Source: Desulfatiglandales bacterium (GTDB lineage: Bacteria > Desulfobacterota > DSM-4660 > Desulfatiglandales > Desulfatiglandaceae). Taken from it: a stretch of DNA of 64,000 bases. The notes below the pieces were generated by a model. The model saw only the letters and a program-made list of their open reading frames with translations, was not told the DNA's origin and searched no databases. The position numbers were made by a program, and so were the translations under genes. Shown piece by piece: positions 1-9,877 of this stretch (position 1 is the stretch's first letter; every line of letters begins with the position of its first letter). Where the stretch lies: NCBI GenBank assembly GCA_963662465.1, contig OY759599.1, positions 2,720,001-2,784,000 of the forward strand. Reading direction: 5' to 3'.

Positions 1-1053
1 ATCAGCAACCGCCTCAGTTTTTACACCGGCACAAAAGGAGATCCTGAACTGAACGCAGGGGGGGTAATTTCGCTCCCCATGGGAGAGAATCTTCTAAATT
101 ATGCCTGGGCAAGGGGGATTAACGTCGCGCCCTGGGATATAACCTATTTCAGGGTGACGGGACCCGATGCTGCTGTTTATAATCTAGCGAACAGTCGAGG
201 TTACGGCTTTCAGTTCCCCGCCTATAACAACGTGGGCGTATATTTAGACCCGCCAACACAATCAACTCCTGATGGTGTTTACACAGTTGATATTGCGGAT
301 ACATCCGGAAATACCGACAGCCGCGCCATAAATTACGCCTACAATCCCGTGCCGGACTTTTCAACGGATTCCCGCGTCCCTGCCGACAACGCGTATTTTG
401 ACACACTCACCCCTTCTTTCAGCTGGGCCAGGGTAACAGGGGATCCGGGAGATGGGAGCTACCGCTATTCAGTGCGCATAACGGATTACACTACGGGAAT
501 CAGATGGTATGATTCCCCCTATAGTGGGGAGACATCGTTTACCCTTCCCACAGGCCTCAATTTACCAACCGGAAGTTCTTATAAGTGGCGGGTGAACGTG
601 TATGGTCCCGCCGGAATCGGTGGAACAAATTCGAACAATTTCAGGTGTTCCGATTTTCGCACCTTTACGATCAACGAGCCTGTTATTCCCGCGTTAGACA
701 TTAAGGCCAACGGCTCGGATGGACCGATTGTCGTTCCGCCAGGCACTCCGGTATCCATCACCATCAGCCTTGATCCGGAAAGCAAAGCAGGTCAAAATGC
801 AGATTGGTGGATCGCCGTCAAAACGCCTTTTGATCAGCCCCTGGATTGGTATACCTATGTGTATCCCGCTGGGTGGCAACAGGGGATCAAGTTATGCGCC
901 CAAGCGGGGCTATTTGATCTTTCTTCGCATGAAGTGCTGAATATGGCGCTGCCGGTGGGACATTATACTTTTTATTTTGGCATCGATGAACCGGATGGAA
1001 CACCCGCAGGCCCGTGGTGGGGAATGGATTCCGTGGCGGTAACCGTTCAATAA
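1..1053 (+). CDS. Large secreted/surface protein, 3' part only (Fn3/Ig-like modules plus a ~120-aa C-terminal DIKANGSDGP domain)
   Basis: Frame is open from base 1, so the gene starts upstream of the window; beta-rich, Trp/Tyr-rich modules (TPSFSW...YKWRVNV); discrete C-terminal domain ending DSVAVTVQ. Confidence 0.65.
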   Translation: MSNRLSFYTGTKGDPELNAGGVISLPMGENLLNYAWARGINVAPWDITYFRVTGPDAAVYNLANSRGYGFQFPAYNNVGVYLDPPTQSTPDGVYTVDIADTSGNTDSRAINYAYNPVPDFSTDSRVPADNAYFDTLTPSFSWARVTGDPGDGSYRYSVRITDYTTGIRWYDSPYSGETSFTLPTGLNLPTGSSYKWRVNVYGPAGIGGTNSNNFRCSDFRTFTINEPVIPALDIKANGSDGPIVVPPGTPVSITISLDPESKAGQNADWWIAVKTPFDQPLDWYTYVYPAGWQQGIKLCAQAGLFDLSSHEVLNMALPVGHYTFYFGIDEPDGTPAGPWWGMDSVAVTVQ

Positions 1054-1147
1054 ACAAACGGCATAAAGCCAAAAACGGCCTTGATCATTGTTTAGGCAAA
1101 ATCTTCTTCCCCCCATGCGGGGGAGACTTAAATGGCCGAGGCGGCGA

Positions 1148-2353
1148 TCAAGGCCGCAAGCGCATCCGATTCCCTGATTCGTCCCACCTGAAAACCGTTT
1201 CGCCCTCCTCAAGATGATCGGCAACAGCCAGGACCGTATTCACGTATATTCTGCTGTGGTTGTAGTTGTAAATGGCCCTGCGCTGTTTGCGCCGGCTTCG
1301 CATGCTTCCCCGCCATCCGTTGGACATCAAATAATTGCCCATGCTGAAAAGGGCGTCATCCAGGACAAAAAGATCCACAACGCCGTCGCCGTTTCCATCC
1401 ACGCCATGACGAAGGGCCTGTGTCGGCATGAACTGGGCGATACCGATGGCGCCGTAAAATGATCCGGGGATGCTCAAAGGGTCCCTGTGGGCCTGTTGCG
1501 CATAGGTGAGCAAGGCCTTAAGCTCACCATAGGCCCATTGCGCCTTTTGGGCGGTCCGCCGTTCGAGCCAGCGCCTCCGTCCCGTTGTGATGCGTTCATC
1601 CGTAAAGGCACTCGCCACACACCTGAAGTCGTCGCAACGCGCCATACCGGCCAGGGTCAAAAACGCACTTTTCTCACCCAGATAGTGCCCGAGCCGGGTT
1701 TCAACGGTAAGAATGCCCACGGCAATTTCCCCGGGAACCCCATACCGGCGTTCCAAAAGCAGCAGACGCTTCCTATTGGCCGCATAAAAGGCCCTGGCTT
1801 CCTTCAACCGCTCCGGCGTCATGATACTCTTGTACACCAGCGGTCCTGTTTTGGGGGTTGGAATTTTCACATGGACAGGGGCCTTCCTTCGCTCCTCAAG
1901 GGCCATTTTCAGCAATTGATCACTGGGCCTCCCGTCAACCGAAAGGCCGTGGGCTTTTTGAAACCATCGGATGGCCCGCCTTGTCTTGGCCCCTGCCTTT
2001 CCATCAGCCTTCCCCGGTTCATATCCCAGAAAGGCAAGTCGTTTTTGAAGCTTTCGCACGGACTCGGCGCCGAATTTCGTCACATACAGGGTTTTCATCT
2101 TTACAGCCATGATGGAAGAATCGAAATGAACTTCCGGACGATCAAACAACGGTTTCAACCATTGCTTTTTGAAACCATCCGCCGCCAATCGTTCCACCAG
2201 GGGGTCCCACTCCCCCGCACTCCCCGTACCGGGAGTCAGCAAAATCAAAAGAACACAGAGGAGAAAACCAAACCAACGCCCCAAACTACCCATTTGAAAC
2301 CCCGTAAGGTTCTTTTTTAAACGCAACGAATCGGTTTTAAGAATTCCCATCAT
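1148..2353 (-). CDS. Lytic murein transglycosylase, MltB/SLT_2 family, with peptidoglycan-binding domain
   Basis: Signal peptide; PG-binding motif LQKRLAFLGY..ADG..G..T..AI..FQ..HGL.VDG; catalytic VETRLG, GSFYGAIGIAQFMP, EF-hand-like DGNGDGVVDL, YNHS. Confidence 0.9.
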   Translation of the reverse strand: MMGILKTDSLRLKKNLTGFQMGSLGRWFGFLLCVLLILLTPGTGSAGEWDPLVERLAADGFKKQWLKPLFDRPEVHFDSSIMAVKMKTLYVTKFGAESVRKLQKRLAFLGYEPGKADGKAGAKTRRAIRWFQKAHGLSVDGRPSDQLLKMALEERRKAPVHVKIPTPKTGPLVYKSIMTPERLKEARAFYAANRKRLLLLERRYGVPGEIAVGILTVETRLGHYLGEKSAFLTLAGMARCDDFRCVASAFTDERITTGRRRWLERRTAQKAQWAYGELKALLTYAQQAHRDPLSIPGSFYGAIGIAQFMPTQALRHGVDGNGDGVVDLFVLDDALFSMGNYLMSNGWRGSMRSRRKQRRAIYNYNHSRIYVNTVLAVADHLEEGETVFRWDESGNRMRLRP

Positions 2354-2407
2354 AAGAACACCTCGTCAAGGAGGTTCTCGCTATTTTACGGCTGATAATA
2401 GTCTCAA

Positions 2408-3190
2408 TCATGTATCATCGAGGGCCTTGATCATCTCCCCATGGATCATGGGGGTGCAGGCCACCACGCTTTTCAGATACGGTGTGAAATCCACTCCTTC
2501 ACAGGTACTCAATTTTCCGCCCGCCTCCAGCACAATTCCGGCGCCGGCCGCCGTATCCCAGGGCTTCAGATTTTCCTCCCAGTAACCATCCAGACGACCC
2601 GCTGCAATATAACACAGATCAACAGAGGCCGCACCCGCCCTTCGAATACCACGGGCGGCAACAACCATTTTCCTGAACCGCTCAAAGATCCGGTTGGACC
2701 TCTCCCGGATATCATAGGGGAAACCGGTGGCCAGCAAAGAGTCTCTCAAATTTCGGGCATCAGAAACACGAATCGGCCTGCCGTTCAAAAAAGCACCCTG
2801 CCCTTTTTGGGCCTCAAAAAATTCCCCCATAATCGGATTATAAACGATGCCCAGAACGATTTCGTTTTCAATTTCGAGGGCAATGGAAACAGCAAAAAAA
2901 GGAAACCCATGGGCAAAATTGGTTGTCCCATCCAGGGGATCGACAATCCAAGTCCTATCCGAAGAAAGGTCCCGTGCCCCCGCTTCCTCGGACAGAATGT
3001 TATCTTTAGGATAATGATCGCGAAGCATCTTTAAAATGATCTCTTCGGCGGCAAGATCCGCCTCGGTCACCAGATCGATTTCCCCCTTCTTAACAATATG
3101 ATGAACTTTTCCAAATCTATCTTCCAGCACCTTTCCGGCGGACCTCGCGGCCCTGCCCGCTACTTCATATTCATTTTCATACATGAGCAA
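2408..3190 (-). CDS. suhB: Inositol monophosphatase family protein
   Basis: DLVTEAD, ILSEE, WIVDPLDGTTNF, WDTAAG motifs. Confidence 0.93.
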   Translation of the reverse strand: MLMYENEYEVAGRAARSAGKVLEDRFGKVHHIVKKGEIDLVTEADLAAEEIILKMLRDHYPKDNILSEEAGARDLSSDRTWIVDPLDGTTNFAHGFPFFAVSIALEIENEIVLGIVYNPIMGEFFEAQKGQGAFLNGRPIRVSDARNLRDSLLATGFPYDIRERSNRIFERFRKMVVAARGIRRAGAASVDLCYIAAGRLDGYWEENLKPWDTAAGAGIVLEAGGKLSTCEGVDFTPYLKSVVACTPMIHGEMIKALDDT

Positions 3191-3262
3191 TCCTCATAGA
3201 GATGTTTTAAAGCAATATTTATGCTGCGCGGATCCCATCCAAATTGCGAAATATGACGATTA

Positions 3263-4288
3263 TCACACGCGGGTCCCCAGCTGACCGCAGGCTGCCATTA
3301 AATCCCTACCGCGCGGCACGCGTTTTTGCACATTGACGCACAATTCAATAAGCCTCTGCCGAAACAGATCAATTCCTTCTTGGCTCGGTGGTCGAAAAAG
3401 AGAATCCTTGACCGGATTGAAAGGAATCAAATTGACCTTGGCCCGCAGGGGTTTCAACCACTCCGCCAGTTGTTGCGCATGCTCGCAACCGTCATTCACA
3501 TGGGAAATGAGGACATAGGCCACACTCAATACATTTCCTTTTTTCAGGGGATAGGCCATCAAGGCCTCTTGCAGCTGGACCAGGGAAACCGTGTCATGGA
3601 CCGGCATGAGTCGGCGGCGCAGTTCGTCATTGGGTGCATTGAGCGATACCGTAAGGTTCAAATTAGGCATATTTAAAGCCGCTAATTTTTCAATGCCGTC
3701 GATCCGGCCCACAGTCGAAAGCGTGATATGTCGGTGGGCGACATCCAGACCGCGCTGGTCGCTGAGTACCCGCACCGCCTGAATCACATTTTCGAAGTTG
3801 TCAAAAGGTTCACCCATGCCCATAAACACCACATTGCGGATCCATTGGGCGGACTTTTGCCTGGCCCTGTAAACCTGGCCCACGATCTCTTCCACGCTGA
3901 GACTGCGCGCCAATCCCAGTTTTCCGGTTTCACAAAACCGGCACCCCATCCCGCAACCGACCTGACTGGAAATACAGACGGTCTGGTGCGTTTTCATGGG
4001 TAAGATGACGGATTCAATACGGTTCCCATCCGCTAATGCCGTGACAAATTTAACCAATCCCGCCTGATGGATTTCATCTTTTACCTGGCCCGGAGTGAAA
4101 CGCCAATCCTGCCTGAGCCGTTCACGCAATCCCGGCGAGGTCCGGATCAGTTCCGTTCGCCACGCATCCGGATCGAGATTTTTATAAAACTCGCGATATA
4201 GCGCCCCGGCCAGGAATGGACCTTTTGCATACCGATCCGCAACTACCGCTACCAGATTCTCATAGGTCAATTCCAGCAATCGTAACAT
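3263..4288 (-). CDS. rlmN: RlmN-family radical SAM RNA methyltransferase
   Basis: CISSQVGCGMGCRFC (CxxxCxxC), MGMGEP, C-terminal AACGQL; start placed at ATG 4288 (ORF track extends to 4357); may be a paralogue. Confidence 0.82.
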   Translation of the reverse strand: MLRLLELTYENLVAVVADRYAKGPFLAGALYREFYKNLDPDAWRTELIRTSPGLRERLRQDWRFTPGQVKDEIHQAGLVKFVTALADGNRIESVILPMKTHQTVCISSQVGCGMGCRFCETGKLGLARSLSVEEIVGQVYRARQKSAQWIRNVVFMGMGEPFDNFENVIQAVRVLSDQRGLDVAHRHITLSTVGRIDGIEKLAALNMPNLNLTVSLNAPNDELRRRLMPVHDTVSLVQLQEALMAYPLKKGNVLSVAYVLISHVNDGCEHAQQLAEWLKPLRAKVNLIPFNPVKDSLFRPPSQEGIDLFRQRLIELCVNVQKRVPRGRDLMAACGQLGTRV

Positions 4289-4564
4289 GGACAATTCACT
4301 TAAAATAATTTTGACGTTACACTTGATATCGTGTTGATTTAACGATTCTTTAAACAATTCTTAGAATCATGGAAAAGGGCAGTGTTCAGGTCTTTTGGTA
4401 TTCATGGCAACGTATTTTAATCCTCCTTTCGCTTGAACTCATATACGAGATTGTTCAAAGTTTCAAGATTTGTTATGGTGCGGCCATCCCGCAGGTGATA
4501 AAGATAACCAAAATCGCCACAACCCAACAGGTATCGGGTTTTAAATCCCAAAAACAACCGGAAA

Positions 4565-5452
4565 ATGGAAAAAAAGATATCAAAATTCTCTTCGAGCGCC
4601 GTGCCGATGTCGGCAAGGCAAATACTTTGGAACCTTTTCCTCATTGCCCTGGGCAGTCTCATTTGTGCGGTTGCCGTAAACGGCATTCTCGTTCCCCAAC
4701 AGTTTTTCGGCGCCGGATTTACCGGTGTGGCCATTATCATCCACTACCTGGTTCCGCCGCTTCCCATGAGTGGTCTCTATCTCCTTTTGAATATTCCCGT
4801 CTTCGCCCTGGGATGGTTCTATGTGGGGCGGCGGTTCTTTTTTTACAGCATCGCCGGGATGTTGTTTTTCAGCGGCGCACTACAATGGATACACCTCCTT
4901 GTGCCGGTCCAGGACAGGATACTCGGCGCCATTCTGGCAGGAATCATTATGGGGACCGGCGCCGGAATCACCCTGAGATCCCTGGGATCGGGAGGTGGTC
5001 TGGACATCCTCTCCGTGATTCTCCTGAAACGGTTCTCGGTCCGATTGGGAACCACCATGCTGGCCATGAACAGTCTGGTCCTTCTGGCGGGCGCCATTCT
5101 CTTTTCCCTGGAAGCGGCCCTCTACACCCTGATCTTCATCTTTGTCAGTTCCTATATTATCAATCTGGTGGTCATGGGGCTGAGTCAAAGAAAAGCGGTG
5201 ATGATCATCTCACCCCGGTGGGAAGAAATCTCAAAGGAGATCTCGAACAGGGTCCACAGGGGGGTGACCATGATTAAGGGCAAGGGGGGGTATTCCGGCC
5301 GGGACATTCAGGTCCTGTACACGGTCATCGCCTTCCAGGAACTGCCCCGCCTGAAAAGGATTGTCCGGGATATTGACCCCAATGTCTTTATGGTGGTCAC
5401 GGACACCCTTGAAGTCATGGGAATCCGCATCGGGAATCAACCCCACTGGTAA
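4565..5452 (+). CDS. YitT family membrane protein (DUF2179 C-terminus)
   Basis: Hydrophobic repeats with GFTGVAI and GSGGGLDIL; soluble C-terminus RGVT...G.GGYSG...IDPNVFM. Confidence 0.88.
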   Translation: MEKKISKFSSSAVPMSARQILWNLFLIALGSLICAVAVNGILVPQQFFGAGFTGVAIIIHYLVPPLPMSGLYLLLNIPVFALGWFYVGRRFFFYSIAGMLFFSGALQWIHLLVPVQDRILGAILAGIIMGTGAGITLRSLGSGGGLDILSVILLKRFSVRLGTTMLAMNSLVLLAGAILFSLEAALYTLIFIFVSSYIINLVVMGLSQRKAVMIISPRWEEISKEISNRVHRGVTMIKGKGGYSGRDIQVLYTVIAFQELPRLKRIVRDIDPNVFMVVTDTLEVMGIRIGNQPHW

Positions 5453-5514
5453 TGGCTCCCATGTTGAGTTTTTCCCCATAAAAACTTCTCCACATTTCCC
5501 TACGATGCAGCAGA

Positions 5515-5811
5515 ATGATTATGGTTTCGGTGATGTTTTGGATGTTGTTGGCCATGGGGATGACCGCATGGGCCGTGGACGAGATGGTCGTTGTGATGGG
5601 AAAGGTCAATGCGGGCGGCACGCTGGTTACCGAAGTGGGTGAGGTCTATCTGCTTCATCTCGATGACAAGGGGAAGGAAGTGATGAGCCATAGTCCCAAA
5701 ACCGTGATTGTGATGGGCCGTCTAGTTGAAAAAGACGGCAAACAAACCATTGTGGTCAATTCCTATCAGGTGATGGAAAAAACATCCGGTCAGGAAGAAT
5801 CCGACTCATAA
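5515..5811 (+). CDS. Small exported hypothetical protein
   Basis: Hydrophobic N-terminus ending AWA, then a short beta-rich domain. Confidence 0.55.
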   Translation: MIMVSVMFWMLLAMGMTAWAVDEMVVVMGKVNAGGTLVTEVGEVYLLHLDDKGKEVMSHSPKTVIVMGRLVEKDGKQTIVVNSYQVMEKTSGQEESDS

Positions 5812-5813
5812 AA

Positions 5814-5848
5814 GCGGGATCAGCCTTTCTAAATCGAACTGATCCCGC
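5814..5848. terminator. Hairpin between convergent genes, probable bidirectional terminator
   Basis: GCGGGATCAG-N15-CTGATCCCGC perfect 10-bp stem flanked by A runs. Confidence 0.55.
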
Positions 5849-5871
5849 AAAATCAAGGCTTCAACTTCTCA

Positions 5872-6327
5872 TCAAGCCGACTTGATTTCAATCTTCTTAC
5901 TGGTGCTCTTTTCGGTCTTTTTGAGCTTGATCTGCAGCACCCCGTCTTTATAAACCGCATCCACCTTTTCCGCATCCACCTCCGCGGGAAGTTGGACGGT
6001 CCGGCTGAAAGACCCGAAACTTCTCTCGATCCGGTGGAAATTCTCCCCTTTTTCCTCCTTTTCCTGCTTCCGCTCCCCACGAAGGGTCAAGATGTCCCGA
6101 TTCAGGGAAATCTCAATTTCCTTGGGGTCCATGCCGGGCAGTTCCGCTTTAACCGACACTTCCGTTTCCGTTTCCGACAGATCCAGAGCCGGCGCCCACA
6201 TCCCCTTTTCACGCATGATGCCGAAAGGCTTCCAATCAAAGAACCGATCAAAAAGCTGATCCATTTCGCCTCTGAAACGCGACACCTCACCCCGCTGGGT
6301 CCAGGGCATCAAATCTTTTCTTTCCAT
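5872..6327 (-). CDS. Hsp20/alpha-crystallin small heat shock protein
   Basis: WAPALDLSE, AELPG, ERSFGSFSR, A.YKDGVL.I.L.K; AGGAGG RBS. Confidence 0.95.
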   Translation of the reverse strand: MERKDLMPWTQRGEVSRFRGEMDQLFDRFFDWKPFGIMREKGMWAPALDLSETETEVSVKAELPGMDPKEIEISLNRDILTLRGERKQEKEEKGENFHRIERSFGSFSRTVQLPAEVDAEKVDAVYKDGVLQIKLKKTEKSTSKKIEIKSA

Positions 6328-6451
6328 GGTATTCCTCCTTGTTAAAATTCGTTTCTCATTTGCTGCTCAGCATCATCACATCCCAATAACATGTTTCCCG
6401 GTTCCACGCTTCATTCCCTGGAGAAGGCGGAAACGCCCCGGTTTTTCCGTC

Positions 6452-6988
6452 TCACATCACCGGATCAGCGTCCCACCTCCTCCTATCGAACAGGCAGTCC
6501 ATCCCGGGAGCGACCCATTCGTTGCGCCATAAACATTGTGCGTTTTCAAACAGAGCCGCACAAACATTTTCGCCATCCAGATTCATCTGAATACGGTCTT
6601 TCAATTCGCTCGCATCAAAGCCTTTAAATACGAGATCGGATATTGAAGACTTTGACTCATACCTGAAATGGGGGTAGGCAAAGCACACAATGACGGGAAG
6701 GGTTTCATATCGCTTTCGAATATTTTGATACAGTTGGGAACCGTTCCCCTTACCAAAACCGGCGCCCATGATAACCACGTCCGGCGTCTCTTCCCGAATC
6801 ATTTGATGAACGTTCGCAGAGTTACCCGTGTCAACCACAGTATACCCCCAGGCCTCCAGTTCAAAGCGATACAGCATTCGAAGGTCTTCGTCTTTTTCCA
6901 TCAGGAGCAATTTACACATATGTGGCACAGTCTCTTTCCCGTCCCGTGCTTGGTCATGATCGGCATGTTCACTCCGGTGCGTCCTCAA
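6452..6988 (-). CDS. Atypical (pseudo-)receiver domain protein
   Basis: REC fold pattern KLLLMEKDEDLR...GYTV...PDVVIMG...PVIV...FKG with Gly at the phospho-Asp position; true start may be ATG 6919. Confidence 0.65.
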   Translation of the reverse strand: MRTHRSEHADHDQARDGKETVPHMCKLLLMEKDEDLRMLYRFELEAWGYTVVDTGNSANVHQMIREETPDVVIMGAGFGKGNGSQLYQNIRKRYETLPVIVCFAYPHFRYESKSSISDLVFKGFDASELKDRIQMNLDGENVCAALFENAQCLWRNEWVAPGMDCLFDRRRWDADPVM

Positions 6989-7154
6989 TTACTTCCAGGC
7001 AATAGGAACGCCAGGCGCAGAAAAGCTCCCGGCACTCGCTTTTTCCGGTTCGAAAGCAATCCGGGTTTCCCTCTGCCCGCTGAAGACTTTGAACCAGATG
7101 TACGGGATCGCAATGTCCGATCTTCTCCACCGCCGGTAAGGGTTGTTTTTCCAT
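6969..7154 (-). CDS. Small Cys-rich protein (Q..EGN.DCF...C....C.WR..C family, often annotated SAP-domain protein)
   Basis: 61-aa ORF LVQSLQRAEGNPDCFRTGKSECRELFCAWRSYCL; purine-rich RBS GAAGGGG; promoter just upstream. Confidence 0.7.
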   Translation of the reverse strand: MEKQPLPAVEKIGHCDPVHLVQSLQRAEGNPDCFRTGKSECRELFCAWRSYCLEVIEDAPE

Positions 7155-7199
7155 GAATACTACCCCTTCATTCTGGCGAAAAAAATCTTACTTGCGCTT

Positions 7200-7227
7200 A
7201 TTATAGCTGGATATCAACCGTTGTCCA
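7200..7227 (-). promoter_or_regulatory. Sigma70-type promoter for the Cys-protein/receiver/hsp20 genes
   Basis: Minus-strand TGGACA (7227-7222), 16-bp spacer, TATAAT (7205-7200). Confidence 0.55.
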
Positions 7228-7248
7228 TGGAGGGAACGCCTCATTTTC

Positions 7249-7312
7249 ATGGGGGAAATTCCCGGAAAAGAAGAAATACGGGGTCGAAAAAATGGGGGAT
7301 TATCCCGGAAAA
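7249..7312. promoter_or_regulatory. Paired candidate regulator binding sites
   Basis: ATGGGGGAAATTCCCGGAAAA (7249-7269) and ATGGGGGATTATCCCGGAAAA (7292-7312), 18/21 identical, palindromic GGGA-N3-TCCC core. Confidence 0.5.
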
Positions 7313-7355
7313 ACCTCATGGGTCCAGAGGCGGGATTTGGCGAGCGAGCGGCGAG

Positions 7356-8033
7356 CTACCCCTTCCACAAATCCAGGTCGATGAGACCCAGCCTGGCGGC
7401 GTAGCGCACCAGATCAAGGGTGGTATGAACATCCAGTTTGCTCATGATGTTCGAACGGTGGTTTTCAACGGTCTTCTGACTGATAAAGAGTTTTTTGGCG
7501 ATATCTCCTGCGGTTTTTCCCTCGGAGATCAGCACCATAACCTCCTGCTCCCGCCGGGTCAGGGCATCGTAGGCCTTATCCTTGTTTCTTTTCGCGCCCG
7601 CCGGGTCGCCGATCAGTCTCTCCACCACACTGTGGGAGATGTTGCTGTCAAGGAAATACTCACCCCGGGAAACGGCGCGAAGACCCGAGACCAGGGTTTC
7701 CGATGCGGATTCCTTGCTGATATATCCCAGGGCGCCGGCCTCCAGAGCCTTGACGATATAAGACGTCTTAGCATGCATGGTCAGCACCAGGATCCTTGTG
7801 CCGCTGATTTTCTCCCGAATATCCCGAGTCAGATCAATGCCGCTGCCGTCGGGCAGGGACAGGTCCACAATGGCCACGTCGGGCCTGAATTCCTTGACCT
7901 TCTGAAAGCCTTCATGCACCGTTCCGGCTTCCCCTAAAAGCGTCAGCGTCTTGTCGTTGGCAATGATGGCCTTCAGGCCTTCACGAAAAAGGGGGTGATC
8001 TTCCACAATAACAATGGACAGATTTTCGGCCAT
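7356..8033 (-). CDS. NarL/FixJ-family DNA-binding response regulator
   Basis: IVEDHPLFREG, VAIVDLSLPD, LTMH, ISKE; LuxR-type HTH LTRREQEV...ISQKTVENHRSNIMSKL. Confidence 0.95.
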   Translation of the reverse strand: MAENLSIVIVEDHPLFREGLKAIIANDKTLTLLGEAGTVHEGFQKVKEFRPDVAIVDLSLPDGSGIDLTRDIREKISGTRILVLTMHAKTSYIVKALEAGALGYISKESASETLVSGLRAVSRGEYFLDSNISHSVVERLIGDPAGAKRNKDKAYDALTRREQEVMVLISEGKTAGDIAKKLFISQKTVENHRSNIMSKLDVHTTLDLVRYAARLGLIDLDLWKG

Positions 8034-8034
8034 T

Positions 8035-9621
8035 TCAAACCTCCTTCAGGGGTAACGTGATGCGCAGGGTGGTCCCCTTTCCCGGTTCAGACCGGAGCGC
8101 AAACGTTCCGCTCAGCAAGCGGACCCGCTCTTCCATGCTCCGCAGGCCCATCCGTTTCTCTTTCGACATCTTCCGCCGTCGTTCCTCTACATCAAAACCC
8201 ACACCGTTGTCTTCAATGAAAAGATGGATATTGGGAAAAGCCGCGATCATCCGAACCTGAACCCGTGAGGCACGGGCGTGTTTGCGGATATTTCGGATCC
8301 CCTCCTGAACGAGCCGGTACAGGCCAATGGCGACATCCGAGTTCAGGGGCGCGTGCTCCATGCCCGCCGACGAAAAGGATATCGCCAGCCCGGATGCCTC
8401 GGCGGTTTCCTCACAAAGCACGCCGATACTCTCCTCGATCCTGTCCGGATCAAGATCGGGAGGCCGGAGATCGTAGGCCAAATCCCGCACACCATGGATG
8501 GTTTTTTCCAGATCCCCGGCCATTTTGGAAATGCGGTTCGTGACCTCCCGGGGAAGATCTTCCCATTGAGCCATCATCCCCAGACAGGTCATCTTGTGTG
8601 CCGCCAGATCCTGGGCCACCCCGTCATGAAGTTCCCCGGCAATCATGTGTCGCTCCCTTTCCTGGGCCTGCAGCAGCTCCCCGGTCAGGGCACGAATCCG
8701 GTTCATGGAGTTTTTCAACTCCGTCAGATCCCTGAGCACCACCAGGAAGCGCATGGTGGAACCGGATGGATCGGCCAGGGGGACGATGCAACACTCCCAG
8801 TGGGTATTTTCGGCATCGGCTCCCCGGGGCGCCATGGCGGGGACAAAGGGCTGGGTAACACCTTTCTTGAGGGCCTGCATACCCCGGCATTCGTAACAGG
8901 GGGCATCCCTGCCGTACAAGAGCCTGTAACAGAAATCGCCCGCCACCTCATGAAGGCGCCTGCCCACCATTCTCAGGAAGGTATCGTTCGCCCACAGGAC
9001 GTGCATACCCCCGTCGCAGTAACAGATCAAATCGACCATGGCGTTCAAGATCTGATTGGACTGCTCCTCCCGCCAGCGCAGGGCACGTTCCGCCGCCTTG
9101 CGTTTGGAAATATCAATGATAATGACCCGCATCCCCTCAGAGACTTCCTTTCCGTCCCACATGGAAACACATCTGATCTGGACCTCGGTTTCACCGCCGG
9201 CCCCTTTTTTTAAGACCAATTCCATGTCCTGACCGGTCTCCGCCAGCCGTGCCCGCTTCATGTAATCCATAAAAGCATTCCGGGCTTTCATGGGCGCAAA
9301 TCCGAGAAGCGGCATTCCAACCAGTTGTTTTCGTGAGACATCCAACAGATGGGAGGCCATGAGATTGGCCTCCATGATGTTCCCCCGAACATCCAGGGTA
9401 AGGTAACCCACCGGCGCCAAATCGAAAAGCTCAAAAGACCTGCGCTGGGATTCCGCCAGTTCCAACTGAATTTCTCTCAGGCTTTCGTTCTGAAGTTCCA
9501 GTTCCACCTGCCGGTTTTGCAGTTCATAAACCAGCTCCTGAAAATGCGACAGCGGCAATTCCACATGTTCTTCTTCCGCATGCCGGTTCAGCGGTGGTTT
9601 CTGTTCATGATCACGTTCCAT
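8035..9621 (-). CDS. PAS sensor histidine kinase (HisKA_3 type)
   Basis: N-terminal coiled coil ELQNRQVELELQNESL, two PAS domains, ERHMIAGELHDGVAQ, QEGIRNIRKHA, DNGVGF, GLRSMEER. Confidence 0.93.
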   Translation of the reverse strand: MERDHEQKPPLNRHAEEEHVELPLSHFQELVYELQNRQVELELQNESLREIQLELAESQRRSFELFDLAPVGYLTLDVRGNIMEANLMASHLLDVSRKQLVGMPLLGFAPMKARNAFMDYMKRARLAETGQDMELVLKKGAGGETEVQIRCVSMWDGKEVSEGMRVIIIDISKRKAAERALRWREEQSNQILNAMVDLICYCDGGMHVLWANDTFLRMVGRRLHEVAGDFCYRLLYGRDAPCYECRGMQALKKGVTQPFVPAMAPRGADAENTHWECCIVPLADPSGSTMRFLVVLRDLTELKNSMNRIRALTGELLQAQERERHMIAGELHDGVAQDLAAHKMTCLGMMAQWEDLPREVTNRISKMAGDLEKTIHGVRDLAYDLRPPDLDPDRIEESIGVLCEETAEASGLAISFSSAGMEHAPLNSDVAIGLYRLVQEGIRNIRKHARASRVQVRMIAAFPNIHLFIEDNGVGFDVEERRRKMSKEKRMGLRSMEERVRLLSGTFALRSEPGKGTTLRITLPLKEV

Positions 9622-9877
9622 GGGGTTTCCTCACCGGGTGTCAGGGTTAAAATAGGGGGGGTTCAACCGCATGAATTCGTAGTATCACATTCCTGCTTCC
9701 CTTCACAACGCAAAATCGCCCACCGCAGGGAAACGGAAAAAAGCAAAATCCTCATAATAAAATAAGCGTTTCCTGAAAATCCCTTGACAAAAAAGCGTTA
9801 ATGCGTGACGCTGCATTTCCGAATCATTGGGATCAAACACGGTTTTTTGAAACAATAACAATTGCGGGAAACCCGTC

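Noticed and set aside
3263..4288. Cfr resistance methyltransferase
   Set aside because: Motifs are shared by RlmN and Cfr, and nothing in the context suggests a mobile resistance gene; only a phylogeny could decide
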